DNA of 1,228 bases from Naegleria gruberi. Taxonomy: Eukaryota. The DNA lies in assembly GCA_000004985.1 (NCBI GenBank), contig GG739491.1; one strand, written 5' to 3'. The position numbers and the translations under genes were made by a program. The first letter of the stretch is position 1, and each line of letters starts with the position of its first letter. Shown here piece by piece: positions 1-1,228 of this stretch. The notes under the pieces were generated by a model, which saw only the letters and a program-made list of their open reading frames with translations, did not search any database and was not told the DNA's origin.

Positions 1-64
1 TTGATGATTCCAACAAGTGTTGACGATTATTGTTGGATTCTGTATAATTTAAACCGACAACCAT
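1..64 (-). CDS. Possible 5' end of a leftward gene. ATG is the complement of 62-64. It reads MVVGLNYTESNNNRQHLLESS... and runs off the left edge. Very uncertain.
   Basis: The minus-strand frame is stop-free from 175 down to 1, which is 58 codons (chance of about 1% for one given frame). The only ATG is at 64-62. No Shine-Dalgarno sequence is present; the upstream context is ccagaagaac. There is no recognisable protein similarity. Region 1-87 is also open in + frame 1 (..MIPTSVDDYCWILYNLNRQPCSSGEQL*), so the coding strand, if any, cannot be decided. Confidence 0.15.
   Translation of the reverse strand, partial: MVVGLNYTESNNNRQHLLESS
20..48 (+). promoter_or_regulatory. Near-consensus sigma70/sigmaA-type promoter. 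The -35 is TTGACG (20-25), the spacer is 17 bp, and the -10 is TATAAT (43-48). The predicted transcription start is about 55-57, reading rightward.
   Basis: Read directly from the sequence: ttgacg-attattgttggattctg-tataat. That is a 5/6 match at -35, a 6/6 match at -10 and optimal 17-bp spacing. No other promoter-like site of this quality exists on either strand of the window. Caveat: 1-87 is also open in + frame 1, and 1-175 is open on the minus strand, so the promoter may lie inside or overlap flanking coding sequence. Confidence 0.45.
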
Positions 65-370
65 GTTCTTCTGGAGAACAGTTGTAAATATTTGATTAAT
101 GATAATAGAAATTGCTCTAAATGTTGCACACAACTGTTGGTTGAGATTAAGCAACAATGGAATCGAGTACTTTTTTCAAAATAGTTCTAATTATTGGAGG
201 AGCATGTTGAGGACACACCCAATGATTCAATAGTCTCCGGTCTTATTAGGGTTGAATAATCCTTCATTATCGCTGTAATAATTCTTTCTAAGCAGCATTT
301 GGAAGCGTAACCACAATTGTTTCCCTACTATGTTATTGTTCAAAAAACAAGTTCGGTACAGCGGGAATAA

Positions 371-400
371 ATTTTAAAATACCGCGCCCAATAACGCGAC
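371..400 (-). terminator. Possible intrinsic terminator for a leftward (minus-strand) transcript. It is a GC stem with G-U wobble extensions followed by AUUUUAAAAUUUAUU.
   Basis: The minus-strand RNA reads gucgcguuauugggcgcggu-auuuuaaaauuuauu. CGCG pairs with CGCG (complement of 395-398 with 383-386) and can extend by two or more G-U pairs. In the plus-strand RNA the same positions are C-A mismatches, so the structure is strand-asymmetric. A U-rich tract follows on the minus strand. A T6 run lies further downstream on the minus strand at 341-346. This is the only GC-rich segment in an otherwise AT-rich stretch. Confidence 0.25.
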
Positions 401-462
401 AGAGACTGTGTATTCTAATACTGTTGATGACATAAAATAGTGTTGAAGAGAAATTAGATGAA

Positions 463-660
463 ATGATGTTAAAAAACTGTAGATTACCAATGAAATGTAG
501 TGATGGATTCTTATGTTGTATTACAATGAAACATCAATGCCCTTCAATTTATTTCTATCGCCCAAAACACATATTTTTGTGTGACCCTCAATGCTTCATC
601 TTAATGCCAGGTTTTGAGATAAAAATTTTAAGGATTAGGAAATTGTGTGCGTTTGTATAG
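463..660 (+). CDS. Hypothetical 65-aa cysteine-rich ORF. It is probably not a real gene.
   Basis: This is the only ATG-to-stop ORF of 65 aa or more in the window (8 Cys in 65 aa). No GGAGG-like Shine-Dalgarno sequence is upstream; the nearest purine run is gaagag at 445-450, 12 nt before the ATG. Its 3' end runs into the inverted-repeat element (605 onward). With TAA, TAG and TGA making up about 8% of codons in this AT-rich DNA, a 74-codon open stretch somewhere in six frames is about a 50:50 chance event. The protein is not hydrophobic, so it is not toxin-like, and it carries no recognisable motif. Confidence 0.12.
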   Translation: MMLKNCRLPMKCSDGFLCCITMKHQCPSIYFYRPKHIFLCDPQCFILMPGFEIKILRIRKLCAFV

Positions 661-751
661 AATCACAAGACATCAACAAGCAATTGCTAATAGAAATCTA
701 TTTTCGTTAAATACAATGAACCAACTATCTCAAAACCTGGCAGTACCATGA
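596..751. mobile_element. Candidate non-autonomous MITE-like element of about 140-156 bp, with terminal inverted repeats starting 5'-TG and ending CA-3' and no internal ORF.
   Basis: The terminal inverted repeats are described in the repeat feature. TG...CA termini are typical of IS3, IS481 and many other IS families. The interior (622-725) is AT-rich with no coding capacity. No flanking target-site duplication is visible: the flanks are cttaa on the left and gtacc on the right. That weakens the call. Confidence 0.25.
605..742. repeat. Perfect 17-bp inverted repeat TGCCAGGTTTTGAGATA (605-621) and TATCTCAAAACCTGGCA (726-742), separated by 104 bp. It extends imperfectly to about 26 bp per arm (596-621 and 726-751, about 23 of 26 positions matching).
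   Basis: Verified base by base. The reverse complement of 726-742 is identical to 605-621. The outer flanks continue to pair at 602-603/744-745 and 596-599/748-751. A 17-bp perfect inverted repeat is not expected by chance in 1.2 kb (expected count about 1e-4 to 1e-3). Confidence 0.9.
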
Positions 752-1035
752 TTTTCAGCCCAACCATAGACCTATATTGTAGTGTAATCTCTTTCAAGAC
801 CCTTCACAACTGATCATCGATATAGAACAATGAAAAAATGTGATTAGACACAAAGGAATATTCAATCAGATCTGAAATAAGTATTTAGAATGAAGGGTTA
901 GACATATCAAAGAATACAACTAATCTGTTCAAGTTTTATTTATAAATACCTTTTCACTTTGTTAGCACAACATTACCAAACATATTTTAATATACCTTTT
1001 TCAACACCTATTCCTCGTTAGCTGCTGTGTAATTA

Positions 1036-1228
1036 CTAACCTAATAATTTACATACTTCATATAATAATTCAGCTTTCTTAATAGGCTTAATTAGAACCT
1101 TGTTGATACCTGTGTCAAGTAGAGAATTAATCTCCTCTTTCGCACTGTTTCCAGTTAAAGCTATTATTGTATTATTGGTGTTGTTATCTTTTTTTCTCTT
1201 CTAAGTATTCGTGTTGTTTCTAAACCCA
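1036..1228 (-). CDS. 3' end of a gene encoding a two-component receiver (REC/CheY-like) domain. The 5' end lies beyond the window. The reading frame is interrupted by a 1-nt frameshift at the T7/A7 tract (1189-1195), so this is either a homopolymer sequencing error or a pseudogene.
   Basis: My own reverse-complement translation. Codons from 1199 down to 1036 read KRKKDNNTNNTIIALTGNSAKEEINSLLDTGINKVLIKPIKKAELLYEVCKLLG, then stop (TAG = complement of 1036-1038). This matches the conserved C-terminal half of receiver domains: the hydrophobic beta4 strand plus T/S ('IIALTG'), and the beta5/alpha5 segment 'VLIKPIKKAELL' with the conserved Lys-Pro. That frame has an upstream TAG (complement of 1201-1203). 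The adjacent -1 frame reads GLETTRILRREKK (complement of 1226-1188), which is the expected preceding 'DG-LE--R-LR' receiver segment. The two frames join if the A7 run were A8. No downstream terminator is evident. Confidence 0.75.

Noticed and set aside
95-113. 'ttaatgataatagaaatt' partially matches the Fur-box consensus (GATAATGATAATCATTATC) at +40 of the predicted transcript.
   Set aside because: Only the AATGATAAT core (9 of 19 positions) matches, and the second half-site is missing. AT-rich DNA generates such half-matches frequently.
166-176. T6 run (171-176) as a + strand intrinsic terminator for the promoter-driven transcript.
   Set aside because: The preceding sequence (gaatcgagtac) has no GC-rich stem. 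Only the 6-bp palindrome AGTACT is present, and it cannot fold into a hairpin.
241-262. 'attagggttgaataatcc' resembles the start of the conserved T-box riboswitch sequence (AAUUAGGGUGGNACCGCG).
   Set aside because: Only 'ATTAGGGT' matches. The downstream GGNACCGCG is absent. No specifier-loop or stem I (AGAGA/GNUGA) context and no downstream terminator/antiterminator pair are present. A GC-containing 8-mer partial match is not enough.
605-742. Retron msr/msd interpretation of the inverted repeat (a1/a2 arms flanking a ~100-nt ncRNA).
   Set aside because: There is no reverse-transcriptase ORF, or any ORF, downstream on either strand. The core has no long msd-type stem-loop. Kept only as a minor alternative under the inverted-repeat finding.
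866-875. 10-bp perfect palindromes TCAGATCTGA (866-875) and ATTTTAAAAT (371-380).
   Set aside because: About two 10-bp palindromes are expected by chance in 1.2 kb at this composition. They cannot form hairpins without a loop. Neither is flanked by further symmetry.
1040-1201. A 55-codon stop-free stretch on the + strand (frame 2), antisense to the receiver-domain gene.
   Set aside because: It has no ATG with a ribosome-binding site. Open antisense frames opposite genuine genes are a common artefact. The minus-strand receiver-domain reading has clear domain-level similarity while this one has none.
1-1228. Search for CRISPR arrays, tandem repeats, tRNA or rRNA, or group II intron domain V.
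   Set aside because: No direct repeats of 20 bp or more with regular spacing. No tRNA-like GTTCGAATCC T-loop or acceptor/CCA context. No GC-rich conserved rRNA, RNase P or tmRNA blocks. No domain-V-like hairpin.

Overview
This 1228-bp window is AT-rich (roughly one-third GC) and mostly non-coding. The one clearly supportable gene is at the right edge on the minus strand (complement of 1036-1228). It is the C-terminal half of a two-component receiver (REC) domain, ending ...GINKVLIKPIKKAELLYEVCKLLG*. As read, it needs a +1 frameshift inside a T7/A7 homopolymer at 1189-1195 to stay in frame. At the left end there is a near-consensus sigma70-type promoter on the + strand (TTGACG-17 bp-TATAAT, 20-48). 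It points rightward into about 1 kb in which every frame is broken by stops. The only listed ORF (463-660, 65 aa) has no convincing ribosome-binding site and has a length expected by chance in DNA this AT-rich. The main structural signal is a perfect 17-bp inverted repeat, TGCCAGGTTTTGAGATA, at 605-621 and 726-742. It extends imperfectly to about 26 bp at 596-751, begins TG and ends CA, and encloses about 104 bp, which looks like a miniature inverted-repeat (MITE-like) element or a long RNA stem. A small GC-rich island (354-400) forms hairpins that are more stable in the minus-strand transcript and are followed there by a U-rich tract, so it may be a minus-strand terminator. I found no tRNA, rRNA, CRISPR array, tandem repeat or recognisable multi-gene system. 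I do not think the sequence supports a complete novel system here. The candidates worth checking are the inverted-repeat element, the orphan strong promoter (possible non-coding RNA or leader), and the homopolymer frameshift in the receiver-domain gene.
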